Assembly (NCBI GenBank): GCA_963555755.3
Contig: OY820905.2
Span: 4,000,001-4,064,000, forward strand
Direction of reading: 5' to 3'
Source: Nitrospirales bacterium
GTDB lineage: Bacteria > Nitrospirota > Nitrospiria > Nitrospirales > UBA8639
Length of the DNA: 64,000 bases
The position numbers and the translations under genes are program-made. Shown piece after piece: positions 1 through 10,672 of this stretch. Position 1 is the first letter of the stretch. Every line of letters starts with the position of its first letter. A model generated the notes under the pieces. The model made no database searches. It was given only the letters and a program-made list of their open reading frames with translations, and was not told where the DNA came from.

Positions 1-1114
1 CCGCCATTTGCAAGGGCAACGGCACACCCGACGCGCCCTCACGGCGATCATGTTCTGTGCCACCTTGTGCGGCGCGCGCGGCTATGAAGCGATCTCGGAC
101 TGGGCCCAGCAGTTATCGCAGCCGATGCGCAAGCGGCTAGGCTGTACTCAGCGAGGGGGGCGCTACCTCGTCCCGAGCCGCAGCACTCTTTACCGCTTTA
201 TCACGGCCGTCGACCCCTGTGAAGTCGATACCCTGCTCGGCCGGTGGCTGGACACCTTCGGCGGGGAGGATCAGGGCATTGCCATTGATGGGAAGACCAT
301 GCGGGGGACGTCGAAGGTCCCAAGCGAACAGACCCACGTCCTCAGCGCCGTCACCCATCAAGCCGGGCGCCACCTCACCCAAAAAAAGTTCACTCCAAGA
401 CCAATGAGATCCCCTGCGTGCGGCCCCTGTTAGATGCGCTCGAGATCGCAGGGAAGGTGATCACGGCGGATGCGCTCCTCACCCAGAAAGAGATTGCCGA
501 GTACCTGGTGCACGAACGCGGCGCCGACTTCGTCTTCACCGTCAAGGGAAACCAGCCCACCTTGAAGCACGACATTGAGGCCTTAGCGTTGCGAGCACGC
601 CGGTGCGATTATGCCACCACCGAGAAAGGCCATGGGCAGATCACGACCCGCAGGATCTGGTGCGATGACTCCCTGAATGCCTATGTCAACTTTCCTCATG
701 TCCAGCAAGTCTTCTGCATTGAGAGGGAAGTGACGCATCTCAAGCAGGGCCTCACGACCGTCGAAGCGGTCTGCGGTGTCACGAGTCAGTCCAAAGACAA
801 GGCGGGGTCGAAGACCATCCTCTCGCAAAACCGAAAGCATTGGAGTGTGGAGAATAAGCAGCATTATGTGTTGGACGTCACCTTTGATGAAGACAGGAGT
901 CAGATACGAAGTCTCAATGGCCCAATGGTCATGACCTGTCTGAGACGCTATGCCATCAGTCTCTTACGCCTGAAAGGCTACACCAATATCGCGCAGGCGT
1001 GTAGACTGCTCTGGGGCAAGCCCCATTTAGCCATCCGCATGGCCCTGCCCTGAAAAAGAGGGCACAAAAAACCTCATGGAATCCCTTGCTTATAAAAAGA
1101 ATGAAATGGCCCTG
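1..1114 (+). mobile_element. ISAs1-family insertion sequence, right part
   Basis: Transposase followed by ...AATGAAATGGCCCTG (ends 1114), which fits the CAGGGC-type ISAs1 terminus; left end not in window. Confidence 0.65.
8..1053 (+). CDS. ISAs1-family transposase, split into two frames (8-433 and 418-1053) at an A7 run; 5' part lies outside the window
   Basis: Motifs IAIDGKTMRG, KTNEIP (after a -1 shift), VITADALLTQ, VKGNQP, EKGHG, RKHWSVENKQHYVLDVTFDED are typical of ISAs1/H-repeat transposases. Confidence 0.9.
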
Positions 1115-1168
1115 GGACGGGACAACTACTCATTGACCAAAAAGAATGGCCCCAGTAAACTAGGAAGC

Positions 1169-1396
1169 ATGTTGTACCGCGGACGCATCACGATGGAGCC
1201 AGGCAAACGAGGGGGGAAGCCCTGCGTTCGAGGACTTCGGATTACGGTATATGACGTCCTCGAATATCTCGCTGGAGGCATGACCGAGCAACAAATTCTC
1301 TCGGACTTTCCTGATCTGGAACCTGAAGATATCAAGGCCTGCTTGGCCTTCGCCGCCGATCGGGAGCGGAAATTCGTGTCGGTGCCTCCGGGGTGA
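1169..1396 (+). CDS. DUF433-family antitoxin
   Basis: RITMEPGKRGGKPCVRGLRITVYDVLEYLAGG...DFPDLEPEDIKACLAFAA; 4-nt overlap with the PIN gene. Confidence 0.9.
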   Translation: MLYRGRITMEPGKRGGKPCVRGLRITVYDVLEYLAGGMTEQQILSDFPDLEPEDIKACLAFAADRERKFVSVPPG

Positions 1397-1725
1397 AACT
1401 GCTCTTTGACGAAAACCTCTCTCCCCGCCTAGTCGATCTCCTTTTAACCTTGTTTCCTGAATCCAGCCATGTACGCAATGTTGGTCTAGCCAATGCTGAC
1501 GACGATAGGGTCTGGGCCTATGCTCAAGAAAATGGCTTTGTTATCGTGTCAAAGGATTCAGACTTTCATCAGCGAAGTTTTGTATTGGGTGCTCCGCCCA
1601 AGGTCGTTTGGATTCGACGGGGAAATTGTACTACTGAAGAAATGGCCAACCTTCTCACTCAACATCGGACAGACCTCGAAACTTTTCAGGACAATCCAGA
1701 CGGAGCCTTTCTTGAATTAGGCTAA
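1393..1725 (+). CDS. DUF5615 PIN-like (VapC45-type) toxin
   Basis: MKLLFDENLS, ADDDRVW, IVSKDSDF, PPKVVWIRRGN. Confidence 0.9.
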   Translation: MKLLFDENLSPRLVDLLLTLFPESSHVRNVGLANADDDRVWAYAQENGFVIVSKDSDFHQRSFVLGAPPKVVWIRRGNCTTEEMANLLTQHRTDLETFQDNPDGAFLELG

Positions 1726-1834
1726 ATCGACTATCCTGGGACAAGTCTTACATGTCCCTTGCGTAGGGTTACGATATCAGCTACTTGGAAAACCAACCTT
1801 CGCGTATCTCACAGGGGACCGCGCCAAAACTTTA

Positions 1835-1975
1835 GGGCACCTCTAAAAACCGTCCTTTTCCGTGATGGCGGCGTCAGCCGCGTGCTCACATCCTCATGTA
1901 TTCGCCCATACACTCCGGTTTTCCGCGCGCGGCTTCCTTGCCCTCACAAAAAATGCCTGGTTTTTAGAGGTGCCC
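1835..1975. mobile_element. MITE-like element, family A
   Basis: TIR GGGCACCTCTAAAAACC / GGTTTTTAGAGGTGCCC; TTTA duplicated at 1831-1834 and 1976-1979; no coding capacity. Confidence 0.8.
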
Positions 1976-2069
1976 TTTAGTCAAACATTGTATCCTTATA
2001 CCTATTCATAGTGTGGTGTAGTCTCCGCGCGACGCGACACTTTTGTTTCGGCAAAAGTGCCCAAAACCA

Positions 2070-2729
2070 GTGTGCCGAGCATGTTCAACAGCTTGAGGGT
2101 GCAAGTCCCTTTGACAACCTGATGGAGGTGAAGTCATCGCGAAGCGCAAGGGCGTCGTCGTGAGGCGGGGTCTGAAGGAAGCGTAGAGCAACGGCGCGGG
2201 CCGATGAACAAGAACCAGATACGAGGCAGTCAGTGTCGGACGAGTGAGCTGGTTTTCACGAAGTTCATATCCATCAAGGGCATTGGGTGTACATCTGGCG
2301 GTCGTGCGCTGAAGGCGGTTGAGCGTACCTCGGGAGACCTCTCGTCTGTCTTGGTAGCAAGACTGAGAACTGAGTGATCAGTTCAGACCGGGCGGGAGGA
2401 GTCAGCAGAGGGCATAGTAGTCCCGCTAGGGATGAAAGCCTGAACGGTGCGGAGTGGTAAGTAGGCAGCGGAACTCATGAGCGACAAGCGGCTGAATGAC
2501 CAGTTAACCCTGGCCTTCCCGACAGAGGATATGGGTGAAGCCCTAAGGACTGACGAGGAAGTGTCGAATCGCTTGCGGCGAACCGCCCAGTCGAACGCCC
2601 GGCGAGGGGTGACCAGTTGAGAGTAGTTTCTCCTGGTGGCCAATCGCTTAACCCACCGAACCGCCGTATACGGACCCGTACGTACGGTGGTGTGACAGGG
2701 AAAGCGGGTGACCGCCTACCTATGTCGAT
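2070..2729 (+). mobile_element. Class C group II intron lacking its RT ORF (~660 nt)
   Basis: 5' GTGTG; short domain V ACCGCCGTATACGGACCCGTACGTACGGTGGT (2660-2691) with CGC triad; domain VI ending CCTATGTCGAT; inserted just after a stem-loop (2038-2059). Confidence 0.9.
2477..2620 (+). pseudogene. Probable N-terminal remnant of the intron-encoded protein
   Basis: MSDKRLNDQLTLAFPTEDMGEALRT... sits where domain IV is expected; no RT motifs (no YADD) remain. Confidence 0.5.
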
Positions 2730-3052
2730 TTTTTGCCCGTGCGCGTCCCCTCCGATCCTGCTCAGAGCAGGTTCTCCGGGGTCCCTCCGCCTCCGCCCTG
2801 ATTCAGGGCGGAGGCGGAGGGACCCCCTTGGGGCCGTAAACAGGCAGAAATGGTTTTGGGTCCTTTTGCCGAAACAAAAGAGCCTGTCCCGAGTCCGTCG
2901 AGGGGACCTCGTCTGCAGGGGCGAAACCCTGCATCTAAATAATTCCCCAAGAGACCCATCCCTAAAACCTACCTTATTGTAACCTAGAAATAGCATTTGG
3001 ATCACAACAGTTCGCGCAAGCTCCTGGCGCACCTGGCATAATAAAGAAATAT

Positions 3053-4064
3053 TATGCCTTCCCATTTGACTAAGGTTAGTCCCTAGACTAGTCTGCTGGA
3101 CTATGGACACAGGGTATGCTGCTGATATCTTGGATTTTTCTGTTAGGTTCCACACCGAAGAAGCGTGCTTCGAGTACTTGCGGGCGATTCGGTGGCCAGA
3201 CGGGTTTATGTGTCCAGCTTGCGGTCATCGCGGTGGTTGGTGGCTCAAAAAATATTTCCGGTTTGAGTGTTCGTCGTGTCATAGACAGACATCACCGCTA
3301 AGCGGCACAGTGATGCATAGATCGCACTTGCCGCTACGGCTTTGGTTTTGGGCTGCCTATTTCGTCTCCACGCACACACCTGGCATCAGTGCTGTGCAAT
3401 TGCAGCGTCAACTCAGTATCAAGAAGGTGGATAGCGCCTGGTATTTGCTCCACAGATTGCGACGAGGAATGATACGACAGAACCGTGAACGGCTCGCAGG
3501 AACAGTTGAAGCCGATGAAACCCATATCGGTGGACCGGTAAAAGGCAAAACGGGCCGTGGCGTCGCGAAAGCGAAAACCAAGACGTTAATAGCCGGAGCC
3601 GTAGAAATTGTCACGTACACACAAGGGGATCACTTTCGAGAGAAAGCAGGGCGTTTACGATTAGCGATTCTTCAAGACGCTGGAGAGAACGAGATCAAAG
3701 CATTCCTCAATAGCCATGTCGCTGAGGGCAGTAAGATCAAGTCCGATGGTTGGAAGGGATACTCGGCAAAAGCCTTGGCAGGATACGAACACCTGAGACG
3801 GACCCAGGGTGACCCAGCAAGTGCTGGGAAGCACGCTCCACACATCCATAGAGCGTTCGGCAATCTGCAGACCTGGCTGAACGGGATTCACCATGGAGTG
3901 GATTCAAAATACCTGCAACACTATCTTGATGAGTTTGTCTTTCGCTATAACCGCCGTGAGACTCCAATGAGTACCTTCCAGAGTTTGTTGAAAATCCTGA
4001 CCAGCAGCTCAAAACCCTTGGGATTCAATAAACTGAAGCAACCTTAGTTAAATGGGAAGGCATA
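3053..4064 (+). mobile_element. IS1595-family element (ISSod11-like), copy 1
   Basis: TIR TATGCCTTCCCATTTGACTAAGGTT / AACCTTAGTTAAATGGGAAGGCATA; 8-bp TSD AGAAATAT (3045-3052, 4065-4072). Confidence 0.95.
3103..4047 (+). CDS. IS1595-family transposase
   Basis: Zn ribbon CPAC...CSSC, VEADETHIGG, SDGWKGY, HIHRAFGNL, YLDEFVFRYNRR. Confidence 0.95.
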   Translation: MDTGYAADILDFSVRFHTEEACFEYLRAIRWPDGFMCPACGHRGGWWLKKYFRFECSSCHRQTSPLSGTVMHRSHLPLRLWFWAAYFVSTHTPGISAVQLQRQLSIKKVDSAWYLLHRLRRGMIRQNRERLAGTVEADETHIGGPVKGKTGRGVAKAKTKTLIAGAVEIVTYTQGDHFREKAGRLRLAILQDAGENEIKAFLNSHVAEGSKIKSDGWKGYSAKALAGYEHLRRTQGDPASAGKHAPHIHRAFGNLQTWLNGIHHGVDSKYLQHYLDEFVFRYNRRETPMSTFQSLLKILTSSSKPLGFNKLKQP

Positions 4065-4130
4065 AGAAATATTTTATCACCACCAGGGATTACTTCCCCT
4101 CCTTGTGGGCCTGTTGAATATTTCATTCCA

Positions 4131-5141
4131 TATGCCTTCCCATTTGACTAAGGTTAGTCCCTAGACTAGTCTGCTGGACTATGGACACAGGGTATGCTGC
4201 TGATATCTTGGATTTTTCTGTTAGGTTCCACACCGAAGAAGCGTGCTTCGAGTACTTGCGGGCGATTCGGTGGCCAGACGGGTTTATGTGTCCAGCTTGC
4301 GGTCATCGCGGTGGTTGGTGGCTCAAAAAATATTTCCGGTTTGAGTGTTCGTCGTGTCATAGACAGACATCACCGCTAAGCGGCACAGTGATGCATAGAT
4401 CGCACTTGCCGCTACGGCTTTGGTTTTGGGCTGCCTATTTCGTCTCCACGCACACACCTGGCATCAGTGCTGTGCAATTGCAGCGTCAACTCAGTATCAA
4501 GAAGGTGGATAGCGCCTGGTATTTGCTCCACAGATTGCGACGAGGAATGGTACGACAGAACCGTGAACGGCTCGCAGGAACAGTTGAAGCCGATGAAACC
4601 CATATCGGTGGACCGGTAAAAGGCAAAACGGGCCGTGGCGTCGCGAAAGCGAAAACCAAGACGTTAATAGCCGGAGCCGTAGAAATTGTCACGTACACAC
4701 AAGGGGATCACTTTCGAGAGAAAGCAGGGCGTTTACGATTAGCGATTCTTCAAGACGCTGGAGAGAACGAGATCAAAGCATTCCTCAATAGCCATGTCGC
4801 TGAGGGCAGTAAGATCAAGTCCGATGGTTGGAAGGGATACTCGGCAAAAGCCTTGGCAGGATACGAACACCTGAGACGGACCCAGGGTGACCCAGCAAGT
4901 GCTGGGAAGCACGCTCCACACATCCATAGAGCGTTCGGCAATCTGCAGACCTGGCTGAACGGGATTCACCATGGAGTGGATTCAAAATACCTGCAACACT
5001 ATCTTGATGAGTTTGTCTTTCGCTATAACCGCCGTGAGATCCAATGAGTACCTTCCAGAGTTTGTTGAAAATCCTGACCAGCAGCTCAAAACCCTTGGGA
5101 TTCAATAAACTGAAGCAACCTTAGTTAAATGGGAAGGCATA
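4131..5141 (+). mobile_element. IS1595-family element, copy 2 (hybrid flanks, 1-bp deletion)
   Basis: Same TIRs; left flank TCATTCCA, right flank AGAAATAT. Confidence 0.9.
4181..5047 (+). CDS. IS1595-family transposase, C-terminus truncated by a 1-bp deletion near 5040
   Basis: Identical to copy 3 up to FRYNRRE; GAGATCCAATG versus GAGACTCCAATG. Confidence 0.85.
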   Translation: MDTGYAADILDFSVRFHTEEACFEYLRAIRWPDGFMCPACGHRGGWWLKKYFRFECSSCHRQTSPLSGTVMHRSHLPLRLWFWAAYFVSTHTPGISAVQLQRQLSIKKVDSAWYLLHRLRRGMVRQNRERLAGTVEADETHIGGPVKGKTGRGVAKAKTKTLIAGAVEIVTYTQGDHFREKAGRLRLAILQDAGENEIKAFLNSHVAEGSKIKSDGWKGYSAKALAGYEHLRRTQGDPASAGKHAPHIHRAFGNLQTWLNGIHHGVDSKYLQHYLDEFVFRYNRREIQ

Positions 5142-5207
5142 AGAAATATTTTATCACCACCAGGGATTACTTCCCCTCCTTGTGGGCCTGTTGAATATTT
5201 CATTCCA

Positions 5208-6219
5208 TATGCCTTCCCATTTGACTAAGGTTAGTCCCTAGACTAGTCTGCTGGACTATGGACACAGGGTATGCTGCTGATATCTTGGATTTTTCTGTTA
5301 GGTTCCACACCGAAGAAGCGTGCTTCGAGTACTTGCGGGCGATTCGGTGGCCAGACGGGTTTATGTGTCCAGCTTGCGGTCATCGCGGTGGTTGGTGGCT
5401 CAAAAAATATTTCCGGTTTGAGTGTTCGTCGTGTCATAGACAGACATCACCGCTAAGCGGCACAGTGATGCATAGATCGCACTTGCCGCTACGGCTTTGG
5501 TTTTGGGCTGCCTATTTCGTCTCCACGCACACACCTGGCATCAGTGCTGTGCAATTGCAGCGTCAACTCAGTATCAAGAAGGTGGATAGCGCCTGGTATT
5601 TGCTCCACAGATTGCGACGAGGAATGGTACGACAGAACCGTGAACGGCTCGCAGGAACAGTTGAAGCCGATGAAACCCATATCGGTGGACCGGTAAAAGG
5701 CAAAACGGGCCGTGGCGTCGCGAAAGCGAAAACCAAGACGTTAATAGCCGGAGCCGTAGAAATTGTCACGTACACACAAGGGGATCACTTTCGAGAGAAA
5801 GCAGGGCGTTTACGATTAGCGATTCTTCAAGACGCTGGAGAGAACGAGATCAAAGCATTCCTCAATAGCCATGTCGCTGAGGGCAGTAAGATCAAGTCCG
5901 ATGGTTGGAAGGGATACTCGGCAAAAGCCTTGGCAGGATACGAACACCTGAGACGGACCCAGGGTGACCCAGCAAGTGCTGGGAAGCACGCTCCACACAT
6001 CCATAGAGCGTTCGGCAATCTGCAGACCTGGCTGAACGGGATTCACCATGGAGTGGATTCAAAATACCTGCAACACTATCTTGATGAGTTTGTCTTTCGC
6101 TATAACCGCCGTGAGACTCCAATGAGTACCTTCCAGAGTTTGTTGAAAATCCTGACCAGCAGCTCAAAACCCTTGGGATTCAATAAACTGAAGCAACCTT
6201 AGTTAAATGGGAAGGCATA
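5208..6219 (+). mobile_element. IS1595-family element, copy 3
   Basis: Same TIRs; 8-bp TSD TCATTCCA (5200-5207, 6220-6227). Confidence 0.95.
5258..6202 (+). CDS. IS1595-family transposase
   Basis: Same as copy 1 except one I/V substitution. Confidence 0.95.
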   Translation: MDTGYAADILDFSVRFHTEEACFEYLRAIRWPDGFMCPACGHRGGWWLKKYFRFECSSCHRQTSPLSGTVMHRSHLPLRLWFWAAYFVSTHTPGISAVQLQRQLSIKKVDSAWYLLHRLRRGMVRQNRERLAGTVEADETHIGGPVKGKTGRGVAKAKTKTLIAGAVEIVTYTQGDHFREKAGRLRLAILQDAGENEIKAFLNSHVAEGSKIKSDGWKGYSAKALAGYEHLRRTQGDPASAGKHAPHIHRAFGNLQTWLNGIHHGVDSKYLQHYLDEFVFRYNRRETPMSTFQSLLKILTSSSKPLGFNKLKQP

Positions 6220-6296
6220 TCATTCCAATAGCCAATAAAAGCTCCATATGAGCTATGGATCATCAACGGGAGGGAATGTTCAAAAAAGCATGCCCT

Positions 6297-7512
<1,216 letters not shown>

Positions 7513-7853
7513 GTCTTTCCGAAGGGTCTATCCAGCAAGGCCGCAGCCATTTTGACGCGCGGAGCGTACTCTCAGTACGTGAGCACGGCAAAAGGGCCAG
7601 AACGCCGCTGGCGGCTTTTTTCAACATTCCCCTTGTCATTTCTCCCAAGGGTCAAAATGACAGACCCGAGGTGACCACGACTTGTGGTATTGCACCATGC
7701 ACCCCAATAATCTTACGCGGCTTTTTTTGCGCCCAATCGTCGTTTCTAGGCTCATGAATTCTTGACCATCCTTCTGCATGGAGCAACAAACCGAAGTCGG
7801 CATTTTCAAAGAAAAGGATAACCAAGGATTTTGAGTGTAAACCCTCCTTTTTA

Positions 7854-7883
7854 TTGACAGGTCGAAGGCCCATATGCTAGAAG
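7854..7883 (+). promoter_or_regulatory. Possible sigma70 promoter of the respiratory cluster
   Basis: TTGACA at 7854-7859 and TGcTAGAAG (weak extended -10). Confidence 0.35.
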
Positions 7884-8263
7884 TCACCGACCTTTTTCCT
7901 AGAATATTCCTTCCTGTTATGGGGGTTGTGTAGGGGTTGAAACGGTGCTACTGGGCTCTCCTAAGGAAAAACGTATTATCTGGATGGGTCGTCTTGAGTA
8001 GCAACTCTCGAAATCGATTCTACGCGACCAATCCCACGCTACTTCCCACCGTTATCGTTGGAAAGGGTATGGATTGCCAATCGGGCCAGTACGCCTTATG
8101 AAATTGACCGCGGGCTATCCTTAATTGGGGGGGCATAGGGGCTTAGATTTGGCCAGGTGAGCGAAGGGGGAGAGCGTCTTTGCATTAAAGAAAAGGGGTC
8201 AAGGGATGGACTGTCCTTTTAGACTCGGAAAAGTTAATCAAAATATAAAAGGTGAGGAACTTT

Positions 8264-8881
8264 ATGAAGAGTGTGATGAGTCGAAGAATGAGTGCAGTGT
8301 TGGCATTGATGGTTATGGGATTCGCTTTATCGGCCTGTGGAGAAGCGAAACCTCCTCAACCGCCGCCACCAGCCCCACCCGAATATGCAGACAAGCATAT
8401 GCCTGACGGGTATTGGGGCAATGAGGAGATCATTGCCCAGGGAAAGGATATCTTCATTGGTAAAGAGAATATTGACGTGAATTGTGCCAGTTGCCATGGA
8501 AAAGATGGGAAACCCCTCAAAGCCGGAGCCAGGGATTTTCGTAAGGGTGACCATATGGCAAAGTTCTCTGATGCCCAATGGTTCTGGCGTGTGTCGGAAG
8601 GGATAAAGGGAACAAAAATGAAAGCTTGGAAATCCAAACTTTCCGAGGATGATCGGTGGAAGGTCATCGCTTGGGAGTCGACCTTTGGCCTAAAGGGACA
8701 GGAATATAGTGTTGCCGAGGAGAAATGGGTCGCACTTGGGACGGCCAAGACTGCTGAGGAGGTTGCTGCTGAGAAGGCTGCTGCTGAGGAAGCGGCCGCC
8801 AAGGTGAGTGAGCCTGCAGGCGGTGAAGCGGCTGGAGAGGCCCAAACTGAAAAAGCCTCGACTGAAGAAGCCCCGAAGTAA
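8264..8881 (+). CDS. Monoheme cytochrome c lipoprotein
   Basis: Lipobox LSAC, CASCH, distal Met in GTKMKAW; Ala/Glu-rich tail. Confidence 0.9.
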   Translation: MKSVMSRRMSAVLALMVMGFALSACGEAKPPQPPPPAPPEYADKHMPDGYWGNEEIIAQGKDIFIGKENIDVNCASCHGKDGKPLKAGARDFRKGDHMAKFSDAQWFWRVSEGIKGTKMKAWKSKLSEDDRWKVIAWESTFGLKGQEYSVAEEKWVALGTAKTAEEVAAEKAAAEEAAAKVSEPAGGEAAGEAQTEKASTEEAPK

Positions 8882-8912
8882 CACCTGGGAAATGTAAATA
8901 TTTAATGGTGAC

Positions 8913-10652
8913 ATGACAAAAGGAGTGCCACGACCCTTGAAAACCTCAACCCGCAGTCTTCTCATATTATTAGGACTTGTGATTGGTGGCGCGACTCTTG
9001 CCTATGCTCAGGCTCCACCTGCCCCCCCTGCGGAGTTTCCTTTTGTTGGGAATCGGACAGGGGTGTGGATCGTGGCCCAACTCCATTTATTGTTTGCCGC
9101 GTTCATTCTGGGAGCGCCAATTTTTGCCGTGGTGTCGGAATGGCTCGGCTATAAGAACCAGGATCCGAAGTATGATCGGTTAGCCAAGGAAGTCATCAAG
9201 GTTACGGTCATATTGTATAGTATGACCGCCTTGACCGGTGGACTCTTTATCTTCGTGTTGCTCGGGACCTACCCTGATTTCACTACCTGGTTCATCAAGC
9301 ATTTCTTTTTGATCTTCGCGGTTATTTACCCTCTCCTCTTCATTCTTGAGACCTTCGTCTTGTATACCTATTTTTATACTTGGGATTCGATGAAGGGAAG
9401 TAAAAAAGCTCGACATATTGCTCTTGGAGTTCTCTTGAATATCATTGGAACCGTGACGTTGTTTGTCATCGATGGTCCTACCTCATTTATGAATACCCCG
9501 GCGAAAGCTGCTGAGGGACTTTCGTTGGTAGAATTTATTCAAACGGCGGGACTTTGGGATAAAGTTGCCAACTTTAGTTGGATGCCTTTGAATCTCCATC
9601 GATTGGTCGGCAATGTCACCTTTGGAGGGTTCATCGCCGGGCTCATTGCAGCGTATATGTATATGGGAGCCAAGACGGATGAAGAGCGCTCCTATTATGA
9701 TTGGATGGGTTTTGTGGGGAATATGATTGGGGTGGGTGCGCTCCTACTTCTCCCGTTCATGGGATATCTCTTGGCGTATGAACTTTGTGACTATGATGCT
9801 TCGATTTGTCCATACATGATGGCTGACCAGCTTTCGATGTTCTTTGAAATGCAGGGGGCCATGGTGGGCCTGATCTTCCTGGCCAGTAACTATTATATCT
9901 GGCTAAGTATGAAACGCATTCAGGGAGTGGAGCAGGTTCGTATTTCCGGGCTGGTCATGATCGCGGTTATTCTCATTCCAGCGGTCATGGGAATGGCCTG
10001 GAAAATGTATCCCCCACCGGAATGGCAATCGTTGATCTTTTTAGGTTTGTTGGTGGTATTGCCCGCTGTGTTAAGTAAGCTGCCAGGTCTTCGCTTTACG
10101 GTCTCTGCGTTCACGATGATCAAGGTCGGGTTTTTGATGATTGTTGTAGCCGATGCCATATGGATGACGCCTCATGGGTTTGTCGCCACGCAGGCCTTGG
10201 CGACGGAACAACTTGAACTGCCTTCCTGGGCCAGTGAGTTAGCTCTGATGCCCGCCAAAAACGCGGCCGCGTTCACCTTGGTATTTCTCACGATTGTGAA
10301 CTACATTTTGTACAATCGGGCCATTCGGCAAGGGACGATTATCTGGGGAAAAATCGATTTCGCATCCCAGTATGTGTTGATCTTCCTGGCCTTTAGCGCG
10401 ATTTGGACCATGGGGCTCATGGGAACGGTACGATCCCTCACGCGGAAATACTACCATGTCTATAATCTGGTGCCTGATTTTACCCCAGAGGCATTTACGC
10501 CAACGTTGGCCTATTCCGCGTGGTGGATTACAGCGGTGACACTCGTATTTTTTGCCGTAGTCAGTTTTTCTATTATTGTGACGTTACGAGCTGGAAGCGA
10601 GCAAAAGGCTGAAGCCCTACAAGGGTCTGCCGTTCCTGCCGGAGGTAAATAG
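8913..10652 (+). CDS. Cytochrome bd-like (CydA-related) membrane subunit
   Basis: Polytopic; AQLHLLFAAFILGAP, KYDRLAKE, LNLHRLVGN resemble the heme-ligand helices of CydA. Confidence 0.8.
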   Translation: MTKGVPRPLKTSTRSLLILLGLVIGGATLAYAQAPPAPPAEFPFVGNRTGVWIVAQLHLLFAAFILGAPIFAVVSEWLGYKNQDPKYDRLAKEVIKVTVILYSMTALTGGLFIFVLLGTYPDFTTWFIKHFFLIFAVIYPLLFILETFVLYTYFYTWDSMKGSKKARHIALGVLLNIIGTVTLFVIDGPTSFMNTPAKAAEGLSLVEFIQTAGLWDKVANFSWMPLNLHRLVGNVTFGGFIAGLIAAYMYMGAKTDEERSYYDWMGFVGNMIGVGALLLLPFMGYLLAYELCDYDASICPYMMADQLSMFFEMQGAMVGLIFLASNYYIWLSMKRIQGVEQVRISGLVMIAVILIPAVMGMAWKMYPPPEWQSLIFLGLLVVLPAVLSKLPGLRFTVSAFTMIKVGFLMIVVADAIWMTPHGFVATQALATEQLELPSWASELALMPAKNAAAFTLVFLTIVNYILYNRAIRQGTIIWGKIDFASQYVLIFLAFSAIWTMGLMGTVRSLTRKYYHVYNLVPDFTPEAFTPTLAYSAWWITAVTLVFFAVVSFSIIVTLRAGSEQKAEALQGSAVPAGGK

Positions 10653-10672
10653 TACATGTGGAGAAAGAAAAC

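Larger units (their letters stand above)
2038..2881. repeat. Large palindromic repeat element interrupted by the intron
   Basis: Removing the intron restores CTTTTGTTTCGGCAAAAGTGCCCAAAACCA|TTTTTGCC, which pairs with GGCAGAAATGGTTTTGGGTCCTTTTGCCGAAACAAAAG (~2843-2880); perfect 24-bp-arm palindrome at 2778-2826. Confidence 0.8.

Noticed and set aside
2070..2729. Retron or diversity-generating retroelement
   Set aside because: No reverse transcriptase in the window; the RNA has group II intron DV/DVI hallmarks
3053..6219. Tandem ~1.08-kb repeats as a CRISPR-like or novel array
   Set aside because: Units are IS1595 copies with TIRs and TSDs; spacers are identical; no cas genes and no short repeat-spacer array anywhere in the window
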